In this document: piece by piece, positions 8,047 through 18,083 of the stretch
Layout: each line of letters opens with the position of its first letter
Numbering within the stretch: the stretch's first letter is position 1
Position numbers and translations under genes: made by a program
Notes under the pieces: model-generated
Database searches by the model: none
What the model saw: the letters and a program-made list of their open reading frames with translations, nothing else
Told to the model about the DNA's origin: nothing
Assembly: GCA_041661205.1 (NCBI GenBank)
Contig: JBAZUW010000001.1
Span: 2,736-66,735 of the forward strand
Source: Phycisphaerales bacterium
GTDB taxonomy: Bacteria > Planctomycetota > Phycisphaerae > Phycisphaerales > UBA1924
Direction of reading: 5' to 3'
Length of the DNA: 64,000 nucleotides

Positions 8047-10101
8047 GTGGCCAAGCCCAAGGAGTTCCGCACCCCGAAGCAGATCAACTGGCACGGACTG
8101 CCGGCCATCGGCTATGACGACTACCTGCGCCCGCAGTTGACGGGCGACGTGTTCGCCGACCAGCTTGCGATCGAGGCGTGGTGCTTTAGGATGGGCATGC
8201 GCAAGGACGAGGGGGGCCTTGGCAGGTTCGGGCACTTCAAGAACATCGTCAACCTGCTTTGGAACAATGAGGATCGTCCTTCGCACAAACGGTTCATGTG
8301 GAACTCGTGGGCGGATAGAATGCTCCTAGCGGCCTGCGAGAACCAGCAGCTATCTGTCGCCGGGCCTACAAATGCGGGAAAAAGTGATCCTTTCGCGCTG
8401 TGGGCGTACGTGAACTACTTCATCGACCCGACACATGTTAGGGTGTTCATCATGTCCACCACCATCGACGGCGCCAAGATGCGGATCTGGGCGCGCATGC
8501 TGGAGTACATGAGCGCCTTGCCAGAGGTCCCGGGCCAGTATCTCAAGAGTTCAAACCGCATCCTCGGCCCTAACTACGAGGAGACCGAGGTGGGTGAGGC
8601 GTCCGGCATCCGCATTCTTGCCGGGCAGGCCGGAGACGACAAGGAGGCGGTTGACAAATTCATCGGCATCAAGGCACCCAAGACCGGTAACCCGGCGGGG
8701 AGCTACGAGGAACTGCGGGAGCGGGATGAGTTTGCCCACATCGTTGAGGGGGTGGACGACGAGGAATACCTGCGCGACCTGCTGCCCCGGCTGACGAACC
8801 TGTCCGAGGACCGGTACGGGAAGATCATCGTGGTCGTGGATGAAGCCACGGGCATCTCGGACGCGGTGCGAAATGCCATCAACGGCAACATGCTCCCGGG
8901 CAACCCGGGGCGGTGCCAGGTGATCATGATCGGGAACCCGGCATTGTGGTGGGACACGTTCGGGTTGTTCAGCGAGCCGGCGGCCGGCTGCGACGCGGTG
9001 ACGCTGAACGATGAGAAGTGGGAGACGAAATCCGGTGGGTTGTGCCTCCGGTTCAACGCGGAGAAGAGCCCCCGCATCGTTGACAAGGATGAGCGTCTGA
9101 CGTGGATGCTGTCCGCAGAGCAGATCGAAAACGTCGCGCGCGACAGCGGTGGCAAGACATCCCCGATGTATTATCGGTTCGTGCTGGGCATGTGGTGCCC
9201 GGAGGCAGCCAGCTCAGGGGCCTACTCGCGGGCGATGTTCGAGCAGGGGGGTGCTTTCGGAAAGGAGACGTGGGGCTTCCAGAAGCCGAAGCTGCACTCG
9301 TCGTTGGACCCCTCGTTCACGCTGTCCGGAGACAAGGCGTCCTGCACGTTTTTCTTGTACGGGGTGAACCAGGCCGGGCGCAGGGTCATGGAGTGGTCGG
9401 AGAACGTCGCCATCGAAGTGGACGCTGCCACCCCGCAGAAGGATGTGCCTTACCAGATCGCGGAGAACTGGAAGAAGGAGTGCCTGAAACGCGGAGTGCT
9501 GCAAGAGGATGCGTGCTTTGATACCGCAGGATCTCCGGCTTTTGCCAACATCGTGTACCGGGTGTGGGGTCCGAAGGTGCATGCTGTTAGCGCATCCGGT
9601 AAGGCGTCGGACAGGCCGATCGGGCGTGAGCGGCACCCGGATGGCCGGAAGGTGACGGCCCGGGAGAGGTACTCCTATAAAGTGACGGAGATCTGGTTCG
9701 GGGCGGTCCCGTTCCTCTACTCGGCGCAGATCAAGGGCCTGCCGATCGAGTTGGCGAAGGAGCTGTGCCTGCGCCGCCTCGATGACAAGGGAGGGAACAC
9801 CGCGGGCCGGCTGATCAAGATCGAGAGCAAGCGCGAGTTCCGCAGCCGCGAAGGGCACTCCCCGAATGATGCCGACTCGTGGCTGCTTGGTATTGAGCAC
9901 TTGAGGGAGCGGTGTGGTTTCATTCCTCTGGATGAACCGGAAGCCGTTGTCCCCACCACCGGTATGAAGGTCCTCCAACCCACCAAGGAGGGCGGCCTGC
10001 TCTACGTCCCGATGCCCGGGGCGGCGCAATCTTCGTGGGATGCGTTCAAGCAGCGCGCCCGGCGCATGGGCGGTGGCGCCCCGGCATTCCGGAAAGGTTG
10101 A
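8047..10101 (+). CDS. terL: terminase large subunit
   Basis: Walker A AGPTNAGKS, Walker B IIVVVDEA, IGNP coupling motif, nuclease LDPS...SPNDADS. Confidence 0.9.
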   Translation: MAKPKEFRTPKQINWHGLPAIGYDDYLRPQLTGDVFADQLAIEAWCFRMGMRKDEGGLGRFGHFKNIVNLLWNNEDRPSHKRFMWNSWADRMLLAACENQQLSVAGPTNAGKSDPFALWAYVNYFIDPTHVRVFIMSTTIDGAKMRIWARMLEYMSALPEVPGQYLKSSNRILGPNYEETEVGEASGIRILAGQAGDDKEAVDKFIGIKAPKTGNPAGSYEELRERDEFAHIVEGVDDEEYLRDLLPRLTNLSEDRYGKIIVVVDEATGISDAVRNAINGNMLPGNPGRCQVIMIGNPALWWDTFGLFSEPAAGCDAVTLNDEKWETKSGGLCLRFNAEKSPRIVDKDERLTWMLSAEQIENVARDSGGKTSPMYYRFVLGMWCPEAASSGAYSRAMFEQGGAFGKETWGFQKPKLHSSLDPSFTLSGDKASCTFFLYGVNQAGRRVMEWSENVAIEVDAATPQKDVPYQIAENWKKECLKRGVLQEDACFDTAGSPAFANIVYRVWGPKVHAVSASGKASDRPIGRERHPDGRKVTARERYSYKVTEIWFGAVPFLYSAQIKGLPIELAKELCLRRLDDKGGNTAGRLIKIESKREFRSREGHSPNDADSWLLGIEHLRERCGFIPLDEPEAVVPTTGMKVLQPTKEGGLLYVPMPGAAQSSWDAFKQRARRMGGGAPAFRKG

Positions 10102-10125
10102 CAATCAGAGCATTTCCACTATTCT
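10098..10125 (+). promoter_or_regulatory. leaderless promoter for portal
   Basis: TTGACA-16-TATTCT-7-GTG 10133. Confidence 0.75.
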
Positions 10126-10132
10126 CCATCCA

Positions 10133-12445
10133 GTGACAGGCACCCAGACCCCGCTTGACGACATGCCCCTGCTCGGGATCGAGGAGGACAAGCCTGTTCC
10201 GCGCACCCGCGTGAAGGGTGCTGCGGCGGCGCGCGCGGTGTTCACCAAGATGCGTGACGACGACCTGCCAAACGCCTTCAACCGGGCATTGCAGCAGGCG
10301 CAGCTCGACGGCGGGCGGCCGTGGGACTCCCAGGAACTGGCGGACAACGGGTTTGACATCCCGAACTTCAACTCCGGTGGGACCGAGCAGCAGTTGGAGC
10401 GGGCCATGGCGCCCTACTACCGGCTGGCGGCGTCCCCGGAGCACGCGGTCAAGGTCCACACCCGGCACGGGGCGGCGGACGCACGCGAGGACATCAACCA
10501 AATCCTCTCCGAGGAGATTACGACCACCTTGCGTACATCGCCCACCTATACCTTCAACTACCTGCTGCTGGTCCAGTTGAAGGTCAAGTTCGGGCTCGGG
10601 GTGGCCTACCACCCGGACGACGTTGACTGGCGCTTCAAGGCCGCCGGACTGGAGGAGTTCTTCTTCGACCGGCAGAAGTTCGTCTGCGAGGACGAGCAGG
10701 AGGTCGTCTGTGCGACCGCCGGCATGAAGGTCACCGAGCTTTACTCCAAGGTGTCCGGCGAGAGCACCGGCAAGTGGAACAAGGACGCCGTGATGGCGGC
10801 GATCACCAAAGCGTCGGAGGGGGTCAGCAGCGCCATGCGGCCGGAGCTGTTGGCGGCCGAGGTGAAGAACAACGACGTGGCCGTGGGGATGACCGCACCG
10901 GAGGTGCGCCTCGTTCACATGTGGGTCGAAGAGTTCGATGGGACGATCACCCACGTCATCTTCCCCGAGGGGGACACCAGCAACGACGACTTCCTCTATC
11001 TCCACAACGCCCGATACAAGGAGTTCTCCGAAGTCCTGACCCTGTTCCCGGACGGTCTCGGCACCAACGCCAAGATCCACGGCGTGCGCGGGCTGCTCTT
11101 CAAGATCTTCTTCCTGGAGCACGAGCGCAACAAGTTCCTGTGCCGATTCCTCGCGGCCGGCGAGCTGGGGTCCTCGCTCATCCTGCAAGCCAAGGAAGAG
11201 ACTTCCTACGCCAACATCGGGTTGCAGCACTTCGGCCCACTGGCGGTTCTCCCGCATGGCGTGGAGGTGGGGCAGGTCCAGATGGGCAACCTGATGCAGG
11301 CCGCCGAGCCCGCTGTCAGGATGATGGAGCGCCTGCGCGCCGACCGGGTGGCCGGCTACACCACCGAGAACGTCTTTGATGGGGACCAACGCAAGACCAA
11401 GGCCGAGATCAATGCCCACCTTGGCGAAGCGATTTCACTTTCCGAAAGCCAGGTGGACTTGCACTACCTGTGTGAGGACCGGCTCTCCAAGCAGACCGTG
11501 CGCCGCATGATCCGCAAAACCTACGTCAAGCAGGACCCCGGCGGCAAGGAGATCGTTGCCCTCCACGAGAGGCTCATGGAGCGCGACCCGAGCGGGGAGT
11601 TGCTGAAGGCATTCTTCGCCATCGACTGGGGCAAGACCCGCGCCGGCCGCGCGATCGGAGACGGCAGCTCGGGCAAGCGCACCTTGGCGCTCCAGCACAT
11701 GGATGCTCGCCGGGGCACGATGGACGACGCCGGGCGGCACCGGCTCGACCGCTGGGTGGCCATCGACCAGCTCGGCAGCGCGGCGGCCGACGAACTCTAC
11801 CCGCCCGGCTCCGGTCCGGCGCGGACCACCCCGCACGACAACATCGCGGAGATGGAGAACACCATCCTGCTCCAGCTCGGTCAGGATCTGGATGTCAAGG
11901 AGAGCGACCCGCACCTGACCCACCTGCGTGTTCATGTCGGCCCGCTGATGGAGATGTTCGAGGCCGAGCGGCAGGGGCAGATCCTGGTGGAGGAGATGGC
12001 CGTGCGCGCCCGCACGCTGTGGCTCCACTCCGTCACCCACATGGAGGCGTTCGAGGCGGCCGGCGGCGACGAGGCGTCGATGGGCGAGGCCGCGTCCATC
12101 AAGCAGTTCCTGCAACAGGTCGGCGAGCCGATCGAGAACGGGCTCAAGCGCGCCCAGGCGATGGCCGAGCAGGAGGCCGCCGAGGGTGGCGAGCAGGAGG
12201 GTGGCCCCGACGCGGCGCAGATCGCCGAGGTCGAGAAGCACAACGAGGAGATGGCCCGGAGCCGGGAGCGGTTTGATCTGGAGCAGGCGCAGGCTGACGA
12301 GCGGTTCCAGAAAGAGCAGGCCCGCAAGGACGCCGCGGTGATGGGCGACCAGGCCCGCAAGGACGCCGCCAAGGCGGCTGAGATTTTGCGCGACGCGCGC
12401 AAGCAGGCCGCGCTCGCGGCCAAGGGTAACACGAAAGCACAATGA
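10133..12445 (+). CDS. putative portal protein
   Basis: About 770 aa directly after terL, helical, coiled-coil C-terminus as in podoviral portals; call rests on synteny. Confidence 0.75.
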   Translation: MTGTQTPLDDMPLLGIEEDKPVPRTRVKGAAAARAVFTKMRDDDLPNAFNRALQQAQLDGGRPWDSQELADNGFDIPNFNSGGTEQQLERAMAPYYRLAASPEHAVKVHTRHGAADAREDINQILSEEITTTLRTSPTYTFNYLLLVQLKVKFGLGVAYHPDDVDWRFKAAGLEEFFFDRQKFVCEDEQEVVCATAGMKVTELYSKVSGESTGKWNKDAVMAAITKASEGVSSAMRPELLAAEVKNNDVAVGMTAPEVRLVHMWVEEFDGTITHVIFPEGDTSNDDFLYLHNARYKEFSEVLTLFPDGLGTNAKIHGVRGLLFKIFFLEHERNKFLCRFLAAGELGSSLILQAKEETSYANIGLQHFGPLAVLPHGVEVGQVQMGNLMQAAEPAVRMMERLRADRVAGYTTENVFDGDQRKTKAEINAHLGEAISLSESQVDLHYLCEDRLSKQTVRRMIRKTYVKQDPGGKEIVALHERLMERDPSGELLKAFFAIDWGKTRAGRAIGDGSSGKRTLALQHMDARRGTMDDAGRHRLDRWVAIDQLGSAAADELYPPGSGPARTTPHDNIAEMENTILLQLGQDLDVKESDPHLTHLRVHVGPLMEMFEAERQGQILVEEMAVRARTLWLHSVTHMEAFEAAGGDEASMGEAASIKQFLQQVGEPIENGLKRAQAMAEQEAAEGGEQEGGPDAAQIAEVEKHNEEMARSRERFDLEQAQADERFQKEQARKDAAVMGDQARKDAAKAAEILRDARKQAALAAKGNTKAQ

Positions 12446-12756
12446 CAGGGGAAGAATTCATGCGCAGTGAGTCCCTGCGCCGCGAGTTGGGGGCTTTGTT
12501 GGAGACCGAAGTGTTCAAGAGAGCCACCGAGGCGATTCTGCTCGACGAGTTTCCACAGGCCACCAACCTCGGGCTGGCGACTCCGGACGTTGGCAACGGG
12601 CGGTTCCAACAACTCGCGGGCATGCGCCACGTCATCAACCGGCTCCACCGGCTGGCGCGCGGGGTGCCCGAGCCCAAGACACTCTCCGAGCCGAAGTTCT
12701 GGACGGACGCGGACATCGAAGAACTCAAGAAACTAAGGGAGCAACAGCAACAATGA
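12442..12756 (+). CDS. hypothetical head-module protein
   Basis: coupled between portal and scaffold. Confidence 0.7.
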   Translation: MTGEEFMRSESLRRELGALLETEVFKRATEAILLDEFPQATNLGLATPDVGNGRFQQLAGMRHVINRLHRLARGVPEPKTLSEPKFWTDADIEELKKLREQQQQ

Positions 12757-13982
12757 GCGAAGAAGCGGGAACACAAATGCCGGACATCGCCGCCACGGGA
12801 GTATTGGCCGCGCTGGAAACTAACTTCAAGGGCCTTGACGCGGATGCGCCGCCCCTCGGTGATGACAACGCTGCGTTCATCCGCAGCATGTTCAGCGAGG
12901 ACCCCCCGGCGGAGGAGAAGCCCGCCGAGGAGGCAGCCGCCACCGACGAGAAGCCGGTGGAGGAAGCCGCAGCAGCGGCGGAAAAGCCCGCCGAAGAGAA
13001 GCCGGCGGACGAGGCCGCCGCCAAGGACGAGCCTGCCAGCGACGACAAACGGTCCCACGATTGGCGCCAACTCAAGGAAAAGGAGAAGGCCACCGCGAAA
13101 GAACGCGATGATTTCCGGGCGAAAGCCGGGGAACTCCAGAAGAAGCTCGACGAGCTTGCCGCGCAGGCAGCCGAACTCCCGGATCTCCGGGAGAAGGCCA
13201 AATATGTCGAGGAGGCTGAGAAGGAGCTGGCCATTGCCCGGGTCGAGGGCACCCGCGAGTACAAGGAGCACGTCGAAGCCCCGCTCAAGGCCATCGTCAA
13301 GACCCTGGACGTGATCGCCAAGAGCGCGGACGTGGATTCCGGCAAACTGTTGCGCGCCGCCTACGAGCGTGATCCGGAGAAGCGCCGGGCCGCGCTGAAG
13401 GAGATCACTGCCGACATGGACGACGCTGACCGGGGGGACGTACGCGAAGCCGTGCGTGACGCGCAGGCCATTCTGGTCAAGGAGGACGCCATCTACGCCA
13501 AGGCCGAGGCCGCCGCCAAGGAGGCCAAGTCGGTGCAGGAGGCCCGTGCCTCCGAGGAGTCCCGCCGCGCTAAGGCGGAGTTCAAGGCCGCCGCCGCCCT
13601 CGCGCTGGATGAACTCGGCAAGCGGATGCCCTTCGACGCGCTGGTCCCTGCGGGGCAGGACGTTGAGGGGTTCCTCGCCGCCACGCTGGCCAAGGTGGAA
13701 GCCTCCGACACCGCCAGCGTTGGGGTGAAGGCGTTCTCGACCACCGCAGGCATCCTGCTGCCGCGCGTCAACGAGGCGCTGAAGGCGGCCAACGCCAAGG
13801 TCAAGACCCTCGAAGCGCGGGTGTCCGAACTCACGTCGCAAGGGGCGTCCGCCGATGCCGGTGCGGCAGCCGCCGCGGAGGTGGACCCGACGAAGGGGGA
13901 ACCGTTCGAGGACATCGCCAAGCTTCTCGGCACCCCCGGCATGGTCGGCATGGACGTGCTCGGCCGGCTGAAATCTGTGTAG
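12753..13982 (+). CDS. putative capsid scaffolding protein
   Basis: Acidic Ala/Glu/Lys-rich coiled coil immediately before the capsid gene. Confidence 0.7.
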   Translation: MSEEAGTQMPDIAATGVLAALETNFKGLDADAPPLGDDNAAFIRSMFSEDPPAEEKPAEEAAATDEKPVEEAAAAAEKPAEEKPADEAAAKDEPASDDKRSHDWRQLKEKEKATAKERDDFRAKAGELQKKLDELAAQAAELPDLREKAKYVEEAEKELAIARVEGTREYKEHVEAPLKAIVKTLDVIAKSADVDSGKLLRAAYERDPEKRRAALKEITADMDDADRGDVREAVRDAQAILVKEDAIYAKAEAAAKEAKSVQEARASEESRRAKAEFKAAAALALDELGKRMPFDALVPAGQDVEGFLAATLAKVEASDTASVGVKAFSTTAGILLPRVNEALKAANAKVKTLEARVSELTSQGASADAGAAAAAEVDPTKGEPFEDIAKLLGTPGMVGMDVLGRLKSV

Positions 13983-14002
13983 GTGGTTTGGTTCGTGCTC
14001 GA

Positions 14003-14042
14003 CGGCGGCACCCTGGCGACGGGGTGCCGCCGTTTGAATTTT
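14003..14042 (+). terminator. intrinsic terminator
   Basis: ACGGCGGCACCC/GGGTGCCGCCGT stem followed by TTGAATTTT. Confidence 0.7.
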
Positions 14043-14238
14043 CTGGTTGACAGATTGTCAGGAAATGCGAAAGTCCCCGCGAGTTCACGGATCTGCAAAA
14101 CCGTGGTCCGAGTGTTAAACGCCTGGTTTCGGCCAGGTCCTTTCCGGCTCGGGTTAGGAAAAAGACGGAGCAACGGACGCCCTGTGAGGGGTGTGGTGCT
14201 TCATCCGATTCACAACCCCAAAGAAAGGACCCGCTACC

Positions 14239-15471
14239 ATGGCATATACCAACTTCAACACTCACTTCGCGGCCAATACCGAAGTGATCACCGGCCGACT
14301 TCTGCGCCGGTCCATCAACACCTCCATCTGGAACAAGCTCGTAGTCAAGGAGGTTTTCGAGCGCGGCAAGGGTGTCTCCCAACGAGTCATCACCGCCGGG
14401 CGCAACCTGCCGACGGACACCGACACCTGGGAAGATGTGCCGACCAGCGGCGATTCGCAGTGCGTCCCCACCGAATACACGGTCGGGCACGGCTACGACG
14501 AGGCGCTGTTCAGCATGCAACAGAAGGCGCTCGTCTCGCTGCCGATCTGCGTGGACGCCACCTACGGCGCCGACAACATCACGCAACAGGCCGCGGCGAT
14601 GCTGCGCAACCTGGAGCAGGTTGTCGCATACGTGTGGAAGCGCAAGGCGATCCAGGCGTACATCGACGTTTCCACCAACCTGTTCGTGGCCGCCGCCGGA
14701 CTGCCCCGCAACGAGGCGACGTGGCCCGGCCAGGCTGCCACCTCGAAGCTGACGCAGGACATGCTCGACGTGTTCTACGACTCCCTGATCGGCGACAGCG
14801 CCGCGATGGACGGAGGCTCGCTCGGCATGGCCCATGGCCAACCGCAGTTCATCCTCGCCATCGGCGCGCAGGCGTCCAACCGCATCATGCGGGAAACGGG
14901 GTCGGACAACATCAACGCGTTCCTCTACAACGCCAACCGGGTGCCCGAGTTGCTGCAACCGCTCGGCGTGGACCGCATCATCCGCGGCTTCTACCACTCG
15001 ATCGACAGCCTGCCTCCGCGCTACACCTACGCCCAAGGGGTGTACACCGAGGTTGCGCCGTACGTTGCCGTGGCGGCCTCCGGGTCCGGCACCAAGCTGC
15101 GCATCCGTCAGGCATACCGCGAGGCCCCCTACGAGGCCGCGTTTGTGTACCTGCCGACGGTCCTGAGCTTCGCCGTTCCGCAGCCCGTGGCAACCATCGG
15201 GTCCAAGACCCAGTGGAACCCGCAGAGCTACATCGGCGAACTCCAGTGGCTGAACATCCCCAACCGGACGGACAACCCGCTGGGCATGATCGGGCAGTAC
15301 TACGCGCTGATGCGCTGTGCGGTGAAGCCCGGTATCCCCGAGTTCGGCTACGGCATCATCTTCAAGCGCTGCGTGAGCGACATCAACGTCACCACTTGCA
15401 GCGACACCGCCAGCGACGCGACCAGCTCGCTGCTCGGCGAGGATGACAGCTACTTCATGGACGGCGTGTAA
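14239..15471 (+). CDS. major capsid protein (putative)
   Basis: 410 aa from MAYTNF, AAAGGA RBS, strongly biased codons, position after scaffold. Confidence 0.8.
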   Translation: MAYTNFNTHFAANTEVITGRLLRRSINTSIWNKLVVKEVFERGKGVSQRVITAGRNLPTDTDTWEDVPTSGDSQCVPTEYTVGHGYDEALFSMQQKALVSLPICVDATYGADNITQQAAAMLRNLEQVVAYVWKRKAIQAYIDVSTNLFVAAAGLPRNEATWPGQAATSKLTQDMLDVFYDSLIGDSAAMDGGSLGMAHGQPQFILAIGAQASNRIMRETGSDNINAFLYNANRVPELLQPLGVDRIIRGFYHSIDSLPPRYTYAQGVYTEVAPYVAVAASGSGTKLRIRQAYREAPYEAAFVYLPTVLSFAVPQPVATIGSKTQWNPQSYIGELQWLNIPNRTDNPLGMIGQYYALMRCAVKPGIPEFGYGIIFKRCVSDINVTTCSDTASDATSSLLGEDDSYFMDGV

Positions 15472-15490
15472 CCCCCGCCCCCGCTCCCAA

Positions 15491-15521
15491 GGCGCTCCCG
15501 GCTTCCCCAGCCGGGAGCGCC
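15491..15521 (+). terminator. strong hairpin after capsid gene (no U-tract)
   Basis: GGCGCTCCCGGCT-TCCCC-AGCCGGGAGCGCC, 13-bp stem. Confidence 0.5.
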
Positions 15522-15603
15522 AGGTTGCGGGACAGTCAAGACCGCTGACCGCTACCGGAGCGGCAGAGGGAGCATTGGAAACCCGGGTGGCAGTTCAAGC
15601 AGC

Positions 15604-15885
15604 ATGACCACGCAGCGCAAGCAATCAATCAGGGAGTGGATGCCGGCAGTCGTTGCAGTCGTTGCGCTGGCGCTCAATCTGTTGGTTGCCGGAGTATTGT
15701 GGGGGCGGTTGGAGCAGAGGGTTGAACACCTTGAGGCAAACGCCAAGGACAAAGACATCCACATGACGCTGGATCGGCAGCAGCAGCTTTTCGTGACCCG
15801 CTCAGAATACCAGAACCACCTTGAATTGATGGCAGAGATCAAGGGGGATCTGAGGGAAATCAAATCTCGTATCGGAGCACTATGA
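15604..15885 (+). CDS. membrane protein, holin/spanin-like
   Basis: One N-terminal TM helix plus coiled coil, in the lysis cluster. Confidence 0.6.
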   Translation: MTTQRKQSIREWMPAVVAVVALALNLLVAGVLWGRLEQRVEHLEANAKDKDIHMTLDRQQQLFVTRSEYQNHLELMAEIKGDLREIKSRIGAL

Positions 15886-16364
15886 CCCCACAAGACCACG
15901 GCTATCGCATCGGACTGGTCAAAGGCCGCGGGCTGGTCTCCCGACTGATCTCGCGTGAGATCCGAGACGACAAGACCCACGGCTACCTGCTATGCCCACA
16001 GCGGCTCACCGTCAGAGAGGTGGTGGAGTCCGTCGCCGGCCCCGGCATGCGCGTTCGTGAGTGGGACCCCGCCGAGACCAAGACGGCCGACTTCTACGAC
16101 GTGGGGGGCCGGACGCTCGCGCAGTGGCAATCGGTCGAGCGGCTCATGCGCGAGTGGGTGGCCATGGGCGTCAAGTACGACTACCCCGGCATCCTGAGTT
16201 GGCGGGCAAAGCTGCCGATGTCGGTAAACGGCAAACTGTTCTGCACCGAGGCGCTGGAACTGGCCGACCAGATGGCCGGCGACCCGCTGTTCCGCTGCGC
16301 CCCCCACTACATCAGTCCACGGGACTTCGACATCAATCTGCGCTTGATACCGAGGCTCCCTTGA
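15882..16364 (+). CDS. permuted papain-like (NlpC/P60 YiiX/C92-type) hydrolase
   Basis: TH..L early; YDY and LFCTE late (His before Cys). Confidence 0.7.
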   Translation: MTPQDHGYRIGLVKGRGLVSRLISREIRDDKTHGYLLCPQRLTVREVVESVAGPGMRVREWDPAETKTADFYDVGGRTLAQWQSVERLMREWVAMGVKYDYPGILSWRAKLPMSVNGKLFCTEALELADQMAGDPLFRCAPHYISPRDFDINLRLIPRLP

Positions 16365-16382
16365 TATATTGTGGATTTCGCA

Positions 16383-16712
16383 ATGAAGATCCTCGTATCA
16401 CTTGTCGCAGCGTCCGCGCTGCTCCTCGCCTCATGCTCGTCTCTCATCGTGACCCCGGAGGACTGTCTGCTCGCCCCGATCACCAAACCCGGTGCCGCAT
16501 ATCAGATCGCCCTCGGCCCCTGCCTCAACGACACCATCCTCGGCCAGGCCACCACCCCGGAGGGCGTCAAGCTCCAAGCGTCGTTCTCCAAGAAGACGGG
16601 TGAGTGGACGCTGCGCTACCAGGCGCCGGACGGCACGTGGGTCGTCTACGACTCCAAGTCCGGGCTGCTCGACTTCGGTCCCCTGCTTGATGCCGTCAAC
16701 GCCGCGCAATAA
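16383..16712 (+). CDS. lipoprotein (spanin-like)
   Basis: Signal peptide with lipobox LLASC. Confidence 0.65.
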   Translation: MKILVSLVAASALLLASCSSLIVTPEDCLLAPITKPGAAYQIALGPCLNDTILGQATTPEGVKLQASFSKKTGEWTLRYQAPDGTWVVYDSKSGLLDFGPLLDAVNAAQ

Positions 16713-17299
16713 TGTTCTCCGAACCACAGCCGTACGTCCCGCCAGAATGGCGGGTGAAAGGGGACAAGTTCCCCATCGTCGGCCGTCGGTTCACGGTGGA
16801 CACCTTCCGCCGCTACCTCCAGTGGGTGCGTGACAACGAGAAGTGGCAGTGGAGCCCAACAGGCATCACGATCCACCACACAGCGGAGCCAAACCTCGTG
16901 CAGCGCCCGAACGGGTTCAGCGAGCAGAACATGCTCGACCTGCGGAGCTACTACAAGGACGAGCGGGGGTGGAAGTCCGGCCCGCACATCTTCACCGACG
17001 ACCACGGCATCTGGGTCCACACCCCGCTTACCCGCAAGGGCGTCCACGCCACCAGCTTCAATGCCACGCGCTTCGGCATCGAGATGCTGGGGGACTTCGA
17101 CGGCAAGGACTACGACTCCCCACGCGGCAAGGCCAGCATGGAGAACGGCCAGTGGGCCGCTGCGCTGCTGATCCGCGAGCTGGGAATCAGCAAGGCCAAG
17201 ATCAACTTCCACCGGCACGACCCGAGGACGGACAAGACGTGCCCCGGCAAGCGCATCGACTTCACGGCGTTCGAGAAGGCGGTGCATGACAAACTCTAA
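16712..17299 (+). CDS. endolysin, N-acetylmuramoyl-L-alanine amidase (Amidase_2)
   Basis: ITIHHTA, GVHA..FN, GIEMLG, FHRH, KTCPG. Confidence 0.9.
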   Translation: MFSEPQPYVPPEWRVKGDKFPIVGRRFTVDTFRRYLQWVRDNEKWQWSPTGITIHHTAEPNLVQRPNGFSEQNMLDLRSYYKDERGWKSGPHIFTDDHGIWVHTPLTRKGVHATSFNATRFGIEMLGDFDGKDYDSPRGKASMENGQWAAALLIRELGISKAKINFHRHDPRTDKTCPGKRIDFTAFEKAVHDKL

Positions 17300-17302
17300 C
17301 CA

Positions 17303-18076
17303 ATGATCCTCTCCGCGCTAGACCGGCTTGGCGGGTTTGCCACTGGCTATGAGGTGGCAGCGTTCTCGCCTGCCAGCCTCAACCCTATCGCGTGGTGGGA
17401 CGCCAGCGACGCAAGCACGCTTTACGACGCGACGACAGGAGGGAATCTTGTCACGGCGGATGGCGCGTATGTGGCGCGGTGGGAGGACAAAACCGCGAAC
17501 GCCAGGCACCTGTTGCAGTCCACCGAATCGAAGCGCCCGACGCTGCAAACAGCCGAACAGAACAGTCGCTCGGTGCTTCGATGGGGCGGGTATGCCCTGG
17601 GAACGGTGCTGTCTGTAGCCAGCTTTCCATCGCTAACTGACTTGCATGTTGTCGCGGTGGCCAAGGTGGCATCCCACGTCACGTATGGTCGGATTTTGGA
17701 CCGTGCTCGCGCAACCGGATTCTGGCTCGCCGAAGCGCCAACATCGGGCCAGTTCATCGGCGCTGCCCGTGAAACAGTAGCCCCGCTTGGTGCCATTGTG
17801 TCAGGGTCGGTAGGGGCGTGGTTTATTCTGGATCTTTGGAGGATCGGCGCGGATTACTCCGTCAGCTACAACAACGGCACTCCGGTGGCTGACAGCAGCG
17901 ATACGACCGCAACCGCATCAGGAACGATGTATGTCGGCGACATGGCCGCAACCGCGACAAACGCGTGGAACGGCGACATGGCGGAAATCCTGATCTTTGA
18001 CAACGACCTTTCTTCCGGCGACCGGGCTGCTCTGCTAACCCACCTCGCCACCAAATGGGGCATCACCATCGCATAA
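17303..18076 (+). CDS. tail/virion protein with LamG/concanavalin-like domain
   Basis: AWWDASD, WEDK, GDMAEILIF...L..KWG. Confidence 0.75.
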   Translation: MILSALDRLGGFATGYEVAAFSPASLNPIAWWDASDASTLYDATTGGNLVTADGAYVARWEDKTANARHLLQSTESKRPTLQTAEQNSRSVLRWGGYALGTVLSVASFPSLTDLHVVAVAKVASHVTYGRILDRARATGFWLAEAPTSGQFIGAARETVAPLGAIVSGSVGAWFILDLWRIGADYSVSYNNGTPVADSSDTTATASGTMYVGDMAATATNAWNGDMAEILIFDNDLSSGDRAALLTHLATKWGITIA

Positions 18077-18083
18077 CACCACT

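Noticed and set aside
10046-13841. Long antisense ORFs opposite portal and scaffold (also 32700-34055, 53616-55280, 56152-57666)
   Set aside because: Shadow ORFs expected from high GC3 codon bias; unlike 53082-53594 they show no motifs or promoters.
14075-14110. c-di-GMP-I riboswitch suggested by GCAAAACC
   Set aside because: The required GNRA tetraloop/receptor two-stem layout was not found.
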